Shown here piece after piece: positions 50,126 through 59,968 of a DNA stretch of 64,000 nt. Source of the DNA: Gammaproteobacteria bacterium. Its GTDB lineage: Bacteria; Pseudomonadota; Gammaproteobacteria; SZUA-152. Both the position numbers and the translations under genes were made by a program. Every line of letters starts with the position of its first letter. Position 1 is the stretch's first letter. The stretch is from contig JAKIUN010000001.1 in the NCBI GenBank assembly GCA_021647505.1, positions 17,828 to 81,827 on the forward strand, given 5' to 3'. The notes under the pieces were generated by a model, which worked only from the letters and a program-made list of their open reading frames with translations, was not told the origin of the DNA and did no database searches.

Positions 50126-50560
50126 ATGGCCGATTCCCTGCATATTGTGTGTCCCCACTGTGATGGCATCAACCGCGTGCCGCAGGCAAAGCTGAGCGCC
50201 GATCCCAAGTGCGGTGTTTGCCACAAGCCCCTCTTCAGCGGTGAGCCACTGGCCCTGAATAGCGCCCGTTTTCAGCGACATCTGGGCAAGGGTGATCTGC
50301 CCCTGCTGGTGGATTTTTGGGCGGCCTGGTGCGGGCCGTGCAAGACGATGGCGCCAGTATTTGCGCAGGCTGCGGGGCAGCTCGAACCACAGGTGCGCTT
50401 GATAAAAATCAACAGCGAAGAAGAGCAGCCGCTCTCTTCCCAGCTGGGTATTCGCAGTATTCCTACCCTCATTCTCTACAAAAAAGGTCAGGAGGTGGCG
50501 CGTATGTCTGGCGCCCTGGATCTGGGCAATCTGCTGGCCTGGACACGCCAATACCTCTAG
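50126..50560 (+). CDS. trxC: Thioredoxin 2 (N-terminal zinc-finger + WCGPC)
   Basis: CPHC...CGVC then FWAAWCGPCK. Confidence 0.85.
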   Translation: MADSLHIVCPHCDGINRVPQAKLSADPKCGVCHKPLFSGEPLALNSARFQRHLGKGDLPLLVDFWAAWCGPCKTMAPVFAQAAGQLEPQVRLIKINSEEEQPLSSQLGIRSIPTLILYKKGQEVARMSGALDLGNLLAWTRQYL

Positions 50561-50682
50561 AGGTGCGGGTGCGGCGGGTGCAGAGTGTCGGGTTTACCTG
50601 TTTCAATTTCGTGGATGAGCCAGTAGACTTCCCGCACGTTTGAAACGGCCCCGAGCCGGGCCCCGCACACGGAATTATCGCC

Positions 50683-51183
50683 ATGTCAGAACCAGAGCAA
50701 GAAGCTATCGCACAGAGCGACCAGCCGCAACAGCAGTTCGCCCTGCAAAAGATCTATCTCAAGGACATCTCCTTTGAAACCCCAAACTCTCCGGCCATTT
50801 TCACTGAAAAATGGGAGCCCTCGGTCAACGTCGAGTTGCAGTCATCGGGCAAGCCCCTGGACGAGAACATCCACGACGTGGTGCTGACGGTCACGGTCAC
50901 CGCCAAACTGGGTGAGAAGACCGCCTACCTGGTGGAAGTGCAGCAGGCCGGCGTATTCACCGTGGCCGGTTTTGGCGACGAAGAGCGTACCCACATGCTG
51001 GGTAGTTACTGCCCCAACATCCTTTTCCCCTATGCGCGTGAAGCCATTTCCGACTTGGTTGCCAAGGGCGGCTTCCCGCAGATGCTGCTGGGGCCGGTGA
51101 ATTTCGACGCCATGTACACGGAGCACCTGCAACGCCAGCAGGCGAAACCGACCCAGAGTGACGGCGAAGTCGCCGTTCACTAG
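50683..51183 (+). CDS. secB: Protein-export chaperone SecB
   Basis: 166 aa; FALQKIYLKDISFETPNSP; acidic C-terminus. Confidence 0.85.
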   Translation: MSEPEQEAIAQSDQPQQQFALQKIYLKDISFETPNSPAIFTEKWEPSVNVELQSSGKPLDENIHDVVLTVTVTAKLGEKTAYLVEVQQAGVFTVAGFGDEERTHMLGSYCPNILFPYAREAISDLVAKGGFPQMLLGPVNFDAMYTEHLQRQQAKPTQSDGEVAVH

Positions 51184-51186
51184 GCC

Positions 51187-52200
51187 TTGGCTGATCTCAG
51201 CGCAATACCCGTTACCGTTCTCGGTGCCGGCTCCTGGGGCACCGCCCTGGCCATCCAGCTGGCCCACGGCGGGCGTCCGGCCACCCTCTGGGGGCACGAC
51301 CCCCGGCACATGGCCAGCCTGCAGATGGAGCATGTCAACACACGCTACCTGCCGGGCGTGTTGTTGCCAGACAGTCTACAACTCAGTGATGACCTGGCCG
51401 GCGCCGTGCAGGGCGTGTGTGAGATCCTCGTCGTCGTACCCAGCCATGCCTTCCGTGCCGTTCTCAACGCCATGCAGCCACACCTGAGCAGCGCTGTCCG
51501 CGTGATGTGGGCCACCAAGGGGCTGGAGTCCGGTTCCGGAAAGCTGCTGCATCGGGTGGTGGAAGAGGTGCTGGACGAGGCGCAGACCATGGCCGTGGTG
51601 TCCGGCCCCACCTTCGCTCGCGAGGTGGCCGTGGGTCTGCCAACGGCGCTGACCGTAGCCTCGAAAGATGCGGATTACGCCCGCTTCGTCGCCGAACGGT
51701 TACGAAGTGACACCTTTCGGGCCTATACCAGCCCGGACGTCGTCGGTGTGGAAGTGGGGGGTGCGGTGAAAAACGTACTTGCCATCGCCGCCGGTATCTC
51801 CGATGGTCTGGGCTTTGGCGCCAATGCCCGCAGCGCCCTGGTCACACGCGGTCTGGCCGAAATCATGCGTCTTGGCAATGCCCTCGGAGGTCAGCACGAG
51901 ACCTTTATGGGCCTGGCCGGGCTGGGTGATCTGGTGCTGACCTGCACCGACGACCAGTCGCGCAACCGTCGCCTGGGTCTGGCGCTGGGTCGCGGCAACA
52001 CCCTGGAGGCCGCGCTGGCCGATATCGATCAGGTGGTGGAAGGTGTACAGACCGCGCGCGAAGTGCACGACCTGGCCCTGAGTCAGGGCGTCGAGATGCC
52101 CATTACCGAACAAGTGTATGCCGTGCTGTACGAGGCGCGCGCGCCGAAAGAGGCGGTGCATGCCCTGCTGACGCGGGAGCAGAAAGCAGAGGGGGGGTAG
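51187..52200 (+). CDS. gpsA: NAD(P)H-dependent glycerol-3-phosphate dehydrogenase
   Basis: VLGAGSWGTALAIQLA Rossmann; follows secB as in E. coli. Confidence 0.9.
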   Translation: MADLSAIPVTVLGAGSWGTALAIQLAHGGRPATLWGHDPRHMASLQMEHVNTRYLPGVLLPDSLQLSDDLAGAVQGVCEILVVVPSHAFRAVLNAMQPHLSSAVRVMWATKGLESGSGKLLHRVVEEVLDEAQTMAVVSGPTFAREVAVGLPTALTVASKDADYARFVAERLRSDTFRAYTSPDVVGVEVGGAVKNVLAIAAGISDGLGFGANARSALVTRGLAEIMRLGNALGGQHETFMGLAGLGDLVLTCTDDQSRNRRLGLALGRGNTLEAALADIDQVVEGVQTAREVHDLALSQGVEMPITEQVYAVLYEARAPKEAVHALLTREQKAEGG

Positions 52201-52246
52201 GGCTAGAGGGATCCAGTGTTTAGTGCTTAGTTGTCGGGAAAGCTCA

Positions 52247-52720
52247 CTAAAGACTGCCGGCGCAGCCGGCAAAGCCGGCCTGCCGCCATGCCTCGAAGAC
52301 GATAATCGCCACCGCGTTGGACAGATTCAGGCTGCGATTGCCCGGCCGCATGGGAATGCGCAGCAGCTGATCCGCAGGCAGGGCGTCCAGCACTGCACCC
52401 GGCAGGCCGCGTGTCTCCGGGCCGAACAGCAGCGCATCATCCGGCCCATAGGCCACCTCACTGTAGTTTTGCCGGCCACGGGTGGAACAGGCCAGAATCC
52501 GCGCCGGTTGCACCGTTTCGGTAAACACCGCTAGCGAATCGTGCAGCAGCACATCAGCGAACTCATGATAATCCAGCCCCGCGCGACGCAGCTGCTTGTC
52601 AGACATCTCGAAGCCCAGGGGGCGAATCAAATGCAGTTTTGCACCACAATTGGCGCATAAGCGGATAATATTGCCCGTGTTGGGCGGGATTTCCGGCTGA
52701 AACAAAACCACGTGAAACAT
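52247..52720 (-). CDS. trmL: tRNA (cytidine/uridine-2'-O)-methyltransferase TrmL (SpoU class)
   Basis: 157 aa; MFHVVLFQPEIPPNTGNIIRLCANCG. Confidence 0.85.
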   Translation of the reverse strand: MFHVVLFQPEIPPNTGNIIRLCANCGAKLHLIRPLGFEMSDKQLRRAGLDYHEFADVLLHDSLAVFTETVQPARILACSTRGRQNYSEVAYGPDDALLFGPETRGLPGAVLDALPADQLLRIPMRPGNRSLNLSNAVAIIVFEAWRQAGFAGCAGSL

Positions 52721-52752
52721 AGACTTTCAATATTCAGGTAGGTGAAAAAGAG

Positions 52753-53700
52753 ATGGTGCACAAAGTGCAAAAAGACATGCTGGTGAGCGAATTCTGCGGC
52801 ATGCGTTTCGATACACCGCTGGTGCTGTTGTCCGGTTGTGTCGGCTTCGGCGAAGAATACACGCGGGTCAAGGGCTTTACCAACCGTGACGCCGGTGCCG
52901 TGTGCCTCAAGGGCACCACCTTAGAGCCGCGCCTCGGCAACCCGCCGCACCGCGTCTGCGAAACCCCGCAGGGCATGATCAACGCCATCGGCCTGCAAAA
53001 CCCGGGTGCGCGCCATGTGGTGGATGAAATCCTCCCCACGCTGGACTTCGATGAGACGCGCTTCATTGCCAACATCTCCGGTTCCTCCATCGAGGAATAC
53101 GCCGAGGTGGCGCGCATCTTCGACGACTCGCCCATCGACGCCCTGGAAGTCAATATTTCTTGCCCCAACGTCAAGGAGGGCGGCATGGCCTTCGGCAACG
53201 ACCCGGATATGTCTGCCCGCGTGGTCGAGGCGGTACGCAAACAGACCGAAAAACCACTGATTACCAAGCTCTCGCCCAACCAGACCGACATCCAGGAAAA
53301 TGCCCGCCGCTGCATCGAGGCCGGCACCGACGCCTTCGCCGTCATCAACACCCTGATGGGCATGGCCATCGACATCGAGGCCCGCGCACCCATCATCGGC
53401 AACAACCAGGGCGGCCTCTCCGGCCCCGCCATCAAGCCCGTCGCCGTATTGAAGACACACCAGGTCTATCAGGTGTGTCGCGACCACGGCATTCCCATCA
53501 TCGGCCAGGGTGGTATCACCACCGCCGACGACGCCCTTGAATTCCTCATCGCCGGGGCCTCGGCGGTGGGCGTGGGCACAGCGCTGTTTTATGATCCGCT
53601 GGTGTGCAAGAAGATCAACGATGGCATCGTCGCCTATCTGGAACGCCATGAACTCACCGAGGTGTCACAGTTGGTGGGGACGCTGGTGCTGAACGGTTGA
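52753..53700 (+). CDS. Dihydroorotate dehydrogenase family protein (class-1-like TIM barrel)
   Basis: 315 aa; LLSGCVGFGEEY, NISCPN, GQGGITTADDALEFLIAGASAVGVGTA. Confidence 0.65.
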   Translation: MVHKVQKDMLVSEFCGMRFDTPLVLLSGCVGFGEEYTRVKGFTNRDAGAVCLKGTTLEPRLGNPPHRVCETPQGMINAIGLQNPGARHVVDEILPTLDFDETRFIANISGSSIEEYAEVARIFDDSPIDALEVNISCPNVKEGGMAFGNDPDMSARVVEAVRKQTEKPLITKLSPNQTDIQENARRCIEAGTDAFAVINTLMGMAIDIEARAPIIGNNQGGLSGPAIKPVAVLKTHQVYQVCRDHGIPIIGQGGITTADDALEFLIAGASAVGVGTALFYDPLVCKKINDGIVAYLERHELTEVSQLVGTLVLNG

Positions 53701-53712
53701 GGCGACGTTCCG

Positions 53713-54168
53713 GTGCCTTCCAAAATCTTTATTCCCCCGGTTCAACTGCTGATTACGGCGATGTTGATGCTGCTGATTCAGTCATCCGTACCGTTTGGAC
53801 AAATCGGTGGTGCGTGGGTCTTGCCCTTATCAGCCGTGCTGGGCATCGCCGGCACGGGCATCATTCTGATGAGCGGTGTGCTTTTTCTCCGGGCTAAAAC
53901 CACCGTGCATCCGACGCATCCGGAGAAGACTTCAGCATTGGTCATCAGCGGAGTTTATCAAATATCAAGAAATCCTATGTATCTGGGTTTGCTGCTGATC
54001 CTGCTCGCATGGGGCGTCTTCCTGGGGAGCCTGCCCGCGTTCGTGCCGATCCTGCTGTTCATCGGCACCATCACAAAATATCAAATCGTTTTTGAAGAGC
54101 AGGCGCTGGAGAATAACTTTGGCGACAGTTACCGGCGGTACAAGTCGAAGGTTCGGCGGTGGATTTAA
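53713..54168 (+). CDS. Isoprenylcysteine carboxyl methyltransferase (ICMT/PEMT) family membrane protein
   Basis: 151 aa, 4 TM, RNPMYLG motif. Confidence 0.65.
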   Translation: MPSKIFIPPVQLLITAMLMLLIQSSVPFGQIGGAWVLPLSAVLGIAGTGIILMSGVLFLRAKTTVHPTHPEKTSALVISGVYQISRNPMYLGLLLILLAWGVFLGSLPAFVPILLFIGTITKYQIVFEEQALENNFGDSYRRYKSKVRRWI

Positions 54169-54196
54169 CGGGCTGTTAGTTTCAGGAAGGATTGAA

Positions 54197-54814
54197 ATGC
54201 GTACTAAGGGAAAAATTACATCGTGGAATGACGATAAAGAATATGGCTTTATTTCGCCTCTTTCCGGAGGAAAGCAACTATTTGTTCATATTAATGCTTT
54301 CAGTAATCGAAACCGCCGGCCAGAGATTGGTCAGGTCGTCACATACGGAATTTCTTCCGATAAGCAGGGGCGCCCGTGTGCCATAACAGCGACTTTAGCT
54401 GGCGATAGGATTCAACAGAATACAAAGAAAAATAGTAGTGGTATTTCAGTTGTTCTAGCCATAACATTTATCAGTATCGTGGCAATTTTCGTTTTAGTAG
54501 ATAAATTGCCTCCCGTTATTTTTGCTGCTTACTTCGTGCTCAGTATGCTCACGTACATTGTTTATGCCGTAGATAAGTCAGCAGCAAAAAATGAGACATG
54601 GAGGACACCGGAAAGCACCTTGCATCTTTTTGCGTTGGCTGGAGGATGGCCAGGCGCACTAGTGGCCCAACAGAGATTGCGCCATAAGTCCAAGAAGGAA
54701 GCTTTTCGTTTTGTTTTTTGGCTGACGGTATTATTGAACTGCGGGGTATTCATTTGGCTGTTTAGCGCCACTGGGTCGGCACTACTGCATGCACTAATTC
54801 AAAGCGCAGTTTAA
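54197..54814 (+). CDS. Cold-shock domain fused to DUF1294 membrane domain
   Basis: Start MRTKGKITSWNDDKEYGFISP at ATG 54197 after aggaagg SD; C-terminal TM helices. Confidence 0.65.
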   Translation: MRTKGKITSWNDDKEYGFISPLSGGKQLFVHINAFSNRNRRPEIGQVVTYGISSDKQGRPCAITATLAGDRIQQNTKKNSSGISVVLAITFISIVAIFVLVDKLPPVIFAAYFVLSMLTYIVYAVDKSAAKNETWRTPESTLHLFALAGGWPGALVAQQRLRHKSKKEAFRFVFWLTVLLNCGVFIWLFSATGSALLHALIQSAV

Positions 54815-55041
54815 GGGCTAATCAGGTAAAGGGAATAGCTTGCCCTCCACGCGTAGGGAGTAATAACTAAAGCACACCGCACCGGATGACTATCATCATG
54901 GCACCACCGGTCTCTCTCTTCCAGAGACGAGCCTTGCTTTACTTAGAGGTGAAAAGAATTTTTTATCGCGCCTGTTAGCTGCAATGCCAAGTTAGCTATC
55001 TTTGTGTTGCAGGAAACATTTTTAAATCAGAGGTTATAAAA

Positions 55042-56241
55042 ATGACAAAAAAATATTTAGAAATGCCTGACGAGAAGGGATACTTCGGTGAGTATGGTGG
55101 ACAGATCATTCCACCCCCGTTGATTGATGTCATGAATGAGATCAATGACGCCTATGACAAGGTCACGCAGACCGAGTCCTTTCAACAGGAGTTGCAACAG
55201 CTTTATGCGGATTATGTAGGTCGTCCCAGCCCCATCTATTTTGCCGAGCGATTAACCAATAAGGTGGGCGGTGCGCGTATCTTTTTCAAGCGCGAGGATT
55301 TGAATCACACTGGTGCGCATAAAATCAACCATTGCCTTGGCGAGGCTCTGCTGGCAAGACACATGGGAAAAACCAAGGTGCTGGCGGAGACGGGGGCGGG
55401 TCAGCACGGTGTGGCCCTGGCCACGGCCTGTGCACTGATGGGTATCGATTGTGAAATCCACATGGGTGAAATCGATATCGAGAAAGAACACCCCAATGTC
55501 ACCAAGATGAAGATTCTTGGCTGCAAGCTCGTCCCCGTATCGCGCGGCACCCGAACACTCAAGGATGCGGTGGACAGTGCCTTTGAGGAATATTTGAAAG
55601 ATCCGGTCAACTATTTCTACGCTATTGGTTCGGTGGTTGGCCCCCACCCATTCCCCAAGATCGTGCGTGATTTCCAATGCGTCGTCGGCAAGGAGGCCAG
55701 GGAGCAGTTTCTGGCGAAAGAGAATAAATTGCCTGATGTGTTGATTGCCTGTATTGGCGGCGGCTCCAATGCCATCGGTTTGTTTACCGCATTTCTGGAC
55801 GATGAATCCGTCAAGATGATTGGCATCGAGCCGGCGGGGAAGGGGCTTGGTACGGGTGAGCATGCGGCTACCCTGACGCTGGGAACCAAAGGGGCTCTTC
55901 ACGGCTATGAGTGTTACAACATTCAAGACGATGAGGGCAATCCTTTGCCTGTTTACTCCATCGCTTCGGGTCTGGATTACCCCGGCGTTGGGCCACAGCA
56001 TTGTTATCTGAAGGATATCAAGCGTGTTGTCTATGAATCCATTGATGACGAGGAGTGCCTGGATGCCTTTATGCAGCTTTCCCGTCTGGAAGGTATTATT
56101 CCCGCATTAGAGAGCGCGCATGCCATTGCCCATGCAATGAAAATTGCAAAAGATATGTCCAGCGATGAAACAATACTCGTTAATCTTTCGGGTCGTGGCG
56201 ACAAAGATGCAGATTTTGTGGCAGAGCATTTGTCGCTTTGA
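55042..56241 (+). CDS. trpB: Tryptophan synthase beta subunit (orphan; no trpA in window)
   Basis: 399 aa; [17 protein letters not shown] (PLP lysine), GGGSNAIG; lower GC than neighbours. Confidence 0.8.
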   Translation: MTKKYLEMPDEKGYFGEYGGQIIPPPLIDVMNEINDAYDKVTQTESFQQELQQLYADYVGRPSPIYFAERLTNKVGGARIFFKREDLNHTGAHKINHCLGEALLARHMGKTKVLAETGAGQHGVALATACALMGIDCEIHMGEIDIEKEHPNVTKMKILGCKLVPVSRGTRTLKDAVDSAFEEYLKDPVNYFYAIGSVVGPHPFPKIVRDFQCVVGKEAREQFLAKENKLPDVLIACIGGGSNAIGLFTAFLDDESVKMIGIEPAGKGLGTGEHAATLTLGTKGALHGYECYNIQDDEGNPLPVYSIASGLDYPGVGPQHCYLKDIKRVVYESIDDEECLDAFMQLSRLEGIIPALESAHAIAHAMKIAKDMSSDETILVNLSGRGDKDADFVAEHLSL

Positions 56242-56263
56242 TCTGATATTTGATCAATCTTCA

Positions 56264-56284
56264 TAGGGTGGGCAGTGCCCACCC
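56264..56284 (+). terminator. Hairpin agggtgggcagtgcccaccct after trpB (member of a repeated palindrome, also at 63838)
   Basis: 19-bp palindrome GGTGGGCAGTGCCCACC; no strong U-tract. Confidence 0.55.
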
Positions 56285-56422
56285 TTGCCGACTGTAGCCA
56301 CCCTCTTTTCTCACTAACTATTTAAAGCCCGCCAACTTAAGACTCCCTCCTACCCTGCCGCTAATCCTGTGCGGTATGAATATTGCTCTGCCTCAACAAG
56401 TTAGCATATTGCTGCCGGTTTT

Positions 56423-57109
56423 TTGACTCTGGTCGAGGGCTTGGCGGCTCCACTGTGGAATATTGAAACGACAAATAGCGTGATCAATCAGCAAGTCAAT
56501 CTGTTCCAGCCCATGTTCCGCAAGGAGCGAAAGCTGTTGTCTTTTCGCGTGCTGTTGCAGGCCTGCGTGGTGGTATTTGTGTTGCTGATGCTGATGACTG
56601 GCTACGGCGTGCGTCAGAGCGCGCAGATGCAGGCAGATCTGGCTCAGTTGCAGGGGCAGCTGGATCGGCGCGTGGCGCAGGTCGAAGAATTGGCGATACG
56701 CCTGGCGCAACGCAAGACCGATACCAGCGCCGCCCAGGAGCTGGCGCGGCTGGAGCAGGAGGCGACGGCGCGTCGGCGGGTGGTGGATGCCCTGACCCGA
56801 GTGCGCGATACCTACACTCGCGGTGTCTCCGGCTATATGGAAAGCTTTGCGCGGCAGGCGCCGAAGGGCATTTGGTTGACCGGTTTCGTGGTACAGGCCG
56901 GTGGTGAGGGACTGGTGATCCGTGGCCGTGCATTACAGCCGGCGCTGGTGCCGTCCTTTTTACAGCGCCTGACGGAAGAAACCACGCTGGCCGGTACCCG
57001 TTTTGGCTTGCTGCAGATCGAACGCGAAGGTGCCGCCAGCCGACAGGTGGACTTCACCCTCTATACCGGCAGTGAGCCACCACCAGAGCCCGTAGAGGAT
57101 CGCCCATGA
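56423..57109 (+). CDS. mshI: MSHA pilus biogenesis protein MshI (PilN-like; start uncertain, possibly MFRKERKLL at 56513)
   Basis: TM LLQACVVVFVLLMLM then coiled-coil; first gene of the msh block. Confidence 0.55.
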   Translation: MTLVEGLAAPLWNIETTNSVINQQVNLFQPMFRKERKLLSFRVLLQACVVVFVLLMLMTGYGVRQSAQMQADLAQLQGQLDRRVAQVEELAIRLAQRKTDTSAAQELARLEQEATARRRVVDALTRVRDTYTRGVSGYMESFARQAPKGIWLTGFVVQAGGEGLVIRGRALQPALVPSFLQRLTEETTLAGTRFGLLQIEREGAASRQVDFTLYTGSEPPPEPVEDRP

Positions 57110-57786
57110 AGGCGTGTCTCCAGCAGTTGGCGGAACGCTTCGATGCCTTCAGCCTGCGTGAACGGGCGCTGGTCTCGCTGGCGGTGCTGGTGGTGATGTA
57201 CATGCTTTGGGATGCGGTGTTGATGAGTCCGGAACACCTGCACCAGAAGCAGTTGGTGATTGAAATGTACCAGCTCAACGAACGCATGGTGACGGTGGAC
57301 ACACAGTTGCAGACACTGACGGTCAGTCTTGGCGAAAGCGAAGTGCGCCGCCAGCGCCAGCGCATTGCCGAGTTGCGTGAGGCCCTGCGCGGACTGGCCA
57401 ACCAACAGGCGGCGCTGACGGTGGAATTTATCCGTCCGCAACAAATGGCCGGAGTGTTGCGCGACATGCTCGGCGTTGACGGCAAACTGACCCTGTTGAA
57501 GCTGGAGAGTCTTGGTGTGCAAGCGCTGTTTCCGTCTCCTGAAAATGGGCAGGAGCAAGCGGCTACAGCGGAAAAATATGAGCAGCCAGGCATCTACAAG
57601 CACGGTATGCGGGTGAGTTTCGAGGGTGACTATTTCGCCACGCTGCACTATCTAAAGGCGCTGGAAGGCATGCCCTGGCGTTTTTACTGGGACGAACTGG
57701 ATTACCGCGTGGCGGATTATCCGCGCGCCCGGGTGAGTATCACTATTCACACTCTGAGTCTTGAGGAGGGATGGATTGGTGTCTGA
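57106..57786 (+). CDS. mshJ: MSHA biogenesis protein MshJ (PilO-like)
   Basis: 226 aa, N-terminal TM, translationally coupled. Confidence 0.55.
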   Translation: MKACLQQLAERFDAFSLRERALVSLAVLVVMYMLWDAVLMSPEHLHQKQLVIEMYQLNERMVTVDTQLQTLTVSLGESEVRRQRQRIAELREALRGLANQQAALTVEFIRPQQMAGVLRDMLGVDGKLTLLKLESLGVQALFPSPENGQEQAATAEKYEQPGIYKHGMRVSFEGDYFATLHYLKALEGMPWRFYWDELDYRVADYPRARVSITIHTLSLEEGWIGV

Positions 57787-58165
57787 TGCGAACGGCACGA
57801 CTCCAAGCATTCACGCCGGGCGAATTGTGGCGCTGGTGTTGGCCGGCATACTGATGCCGGGCGTGGCGTCAGCGGTGCCGTTGGATGACCCTACCCGCCC
57901 GCCGACGGCACAGTCTGCCAAGGCCCACAAGGCTATGCGCAAGCCGATACGCTGGACGCTTAATTCGACCCTGGTATCGGCGCAGCGCCGTACGGCGGTA
58001 ATCAATGACCGGGTGGTTGGTGTGGGCGAAAAAATTAATGGCGCACGGGTGGTGGAGATCCTGCCGATGGCGGTGCGCCTGTATCACAACGGCCGCGAGT
58101 TCACCCTGACATTACTGACAAAAAACATCAAACGGCCATCCCGGAGCGGGAGCGGAAAACTATGA
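57761..58165 (+). CDS. mshK: MSHA biogenesis protein MshK
   Basis: 134 aa, signal peptide, position between mshJ and secretin. Confidence 0.5.
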   Translation: MRRDGLVSDANGTTPSIHAGRIVALVLAGILMPGVASAVPLDDPTRPPTAQSAKAHKAMRKPIRWTLNSTLVSAQRRTAVINDRVVGVGEKINGARVVEILPMAVRLYHNGREFTLTLLTKNIKRPSRSGSGKL

Positions 58166-59952
58166 AACAGAAGCAACGAGCCATCTTGAATCGTGTCGGT
58201 GTACTGGTCAGTGTGCTGGCGCTGGGTGCCTGTGCGAATAATCCGCCGCGCACTGGGGCCGTGGGTGAAGGAATCGGTCAATCGCTGGCCGAGAGTCAGG
58301 CACAGAATGCCGCCCTGGAGACCGTCCGGGTGCAGCCACCGGCGGCCGTTTCCGCTGCCCTGCTGCCGCCGTTGAATGTGCAATTGTCCGGACTGGGGCT
58401 GGGACAGGAGCCGGTGCAGCGTCGCTTTGATATCACCGTTGACCATGTGTTGGCGCGCACCTTCTTTATGAGCCTGGTGAAGGACACGCCCTACAACATG
58501 GTTACGCCACCGGATATGGAGGGGCGCATCAGTTTGAGCCTGAAGAATGTCACCCTCGACGAGGTGATGGCGACGGTGCGTGAGGTATATGGCTACGAGT
58601 ACCGCCGCAGCGCCGGCGGTTATGAGATCCTCACCAAGGCACTGCGCTCGCAAATTTTCAAGGTGGACTACCTCAACGTGCAGCGCAAGGGGCGGTCGCG
58701 GGTGCGGGTTAGCTCCGGGCAGGTGAGTGCATCGAGTAATCGCAATAGGGGCAGCGGTACGGGGAGCAGCAGTGCCAATAACAATAGTGGTAATACCGGT
58801 CGACGCCAGATAGAAGCCGTGTCCGGCAGTGAGATGGATACCCGCACCCAGTCGGATTTCTGGGCCGAACTGCGAGATGCGCTGGAGGCTATCGTCGGTT
58901 CGGAGGGTGGTCGCAAGATTGTTCTCAACGCCCACTCCGGCATCATCGTGGTGCGCGCCCAGCCCGGGGAATTACGCGCCGTCGAGCAGTATCTGCAAGA
59001 CACCCAGGCGGTGGTGCAGCGGCAGGTGATCCTGGAGGCGAAGATCCTTGAAGTGGAACTGAAGGATGGTTTCCAATCCGGCATCAACTGGGCGGCCATG
59101 GGTAGCAATGGTACGGACGGTATTGCCGGCGGGCAGTTTGGCGGTGGGCGTATATTTTCGGATGGCAGCAGTAATCTTGCCAGCCTCTCCAATGTGTTGA
59201 ATCCCGCGAATCCAGATGCCATTGGTGCTGCTGTGGCCTCGGCCTTCGGTGGCGTGTTCGGCATGCGCCTGGCCACCGGCAACTTCACCGCCTTTATCGA
59301 ATTTCTTGAATCTCAGGGCGACGTGCACGTGTTGTCCAGCCCGCGGGTCTCCACCGTCAATAATCAAAAGGCAGTGATCAAGGTGGGCACGGACGAATTT
59401 TTCGTCACCGATGTCAATACCAACAATCAGGTCTACGCGGGCAGCTCGACCAGTAACCAGAGTTTCAGTGTGGAATTCACGCCTTTCTTTTCCGGCGTGG
59501 CGCTGGACGTGACGCCGCAGATCGACGCCGACGGCTTTGTTACCCTGCACATCCATCCCTCGGTGAGCGATGTGCGGGAAAAGATCAAGCAGATCGATTT
59601 CTCCGACACAGAATCCCTGCGTGTGCCCATGGCGGTATCGACGATCCGCGAATCCGACAGCATCGTGCGTGCGCGCAGCGGGCAGGTGATAGTGATCGGT
59701 GGGCTGATGCAGAACATCTCGCGCGACAGCACGGCCAGTGTGCCGTTGCTGGGTGATCTGCCGCTGGTGGGTAGCCTGTTTCGTCATAAGAAGAAGAGCT
59801 TCGTCAAGAGTGAGCTGGTGATCCTGCTGCGTCCGGTGGTGGTGGACAACGACCAGGTATGGGACGACGAACTGCAACGCATCGGCGAACGCTTTGGTGG
59901 GCTGGATGCATTGACCCAGCTCAATGTGCAGTCGGGCGACAGCGGACACTGA
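58162..59952 (+). CDS. mshL: MSHA secretin MshL (GspD/PilQ family)
   Basis: 596 aa; lipobox LALGAC; secretin C-domain (VIKVGTDEFFVTDV.., IVIGGLMQN..LLGDLPLVGSLF). Confidence 0.8.
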   Translation: MKQKQRAILNRVGVLVSVLALGACANNPPRTGAVGEGIGQSLAESQAQNAALETVRVQPPAAVSAALLPPLNVQLSGLGLGQEPVQRRFDITVDHVLARTFFMSLVKDTPYNMVTPPDMEGRISLSLKNVTLDEVMATVREVYGYEYRRSAGGYEILTKALRSQIFKVDYLNVQRKGRSRVRVSSGQVSASSNRNRGSGTGSSSANNNSGNTGRRQIEAVSGSEMDTRTQSDFWAELRDALEAIVGSEGGRKIVLNAHSGIIVVRAQPGELRAVEQYLQDTQAVVQRQVILEAKILEVELKDGFQSGINWAAMGSNGTDGIAGGQFGGGRIFSDGSSNLASLSNVLNPANPDAIGAAVASAFGGVFGMRLATGNFTAFIEFLESQGDVHVLSSPRVSTVNNQKAVIKVGTDEFFVTDVNTNNQVYAGSSTSNQSFSVEFTPFFSGVALDVTPQIDADGFVTLHIHPSVSDVREKIKQIDFSDTESLRVPMAVSTIRESDSIVRARSGQVIVIGGLMQNISRDSTASVPLLGDLPLVGSLFRHKKKSFVKSELVILLRPVVVDNDQVWDDELQRIGERFGGLDALTQLNVQSGDSGH

Positions 59953-59968
59953 CAGGGGGCGCACCGTC

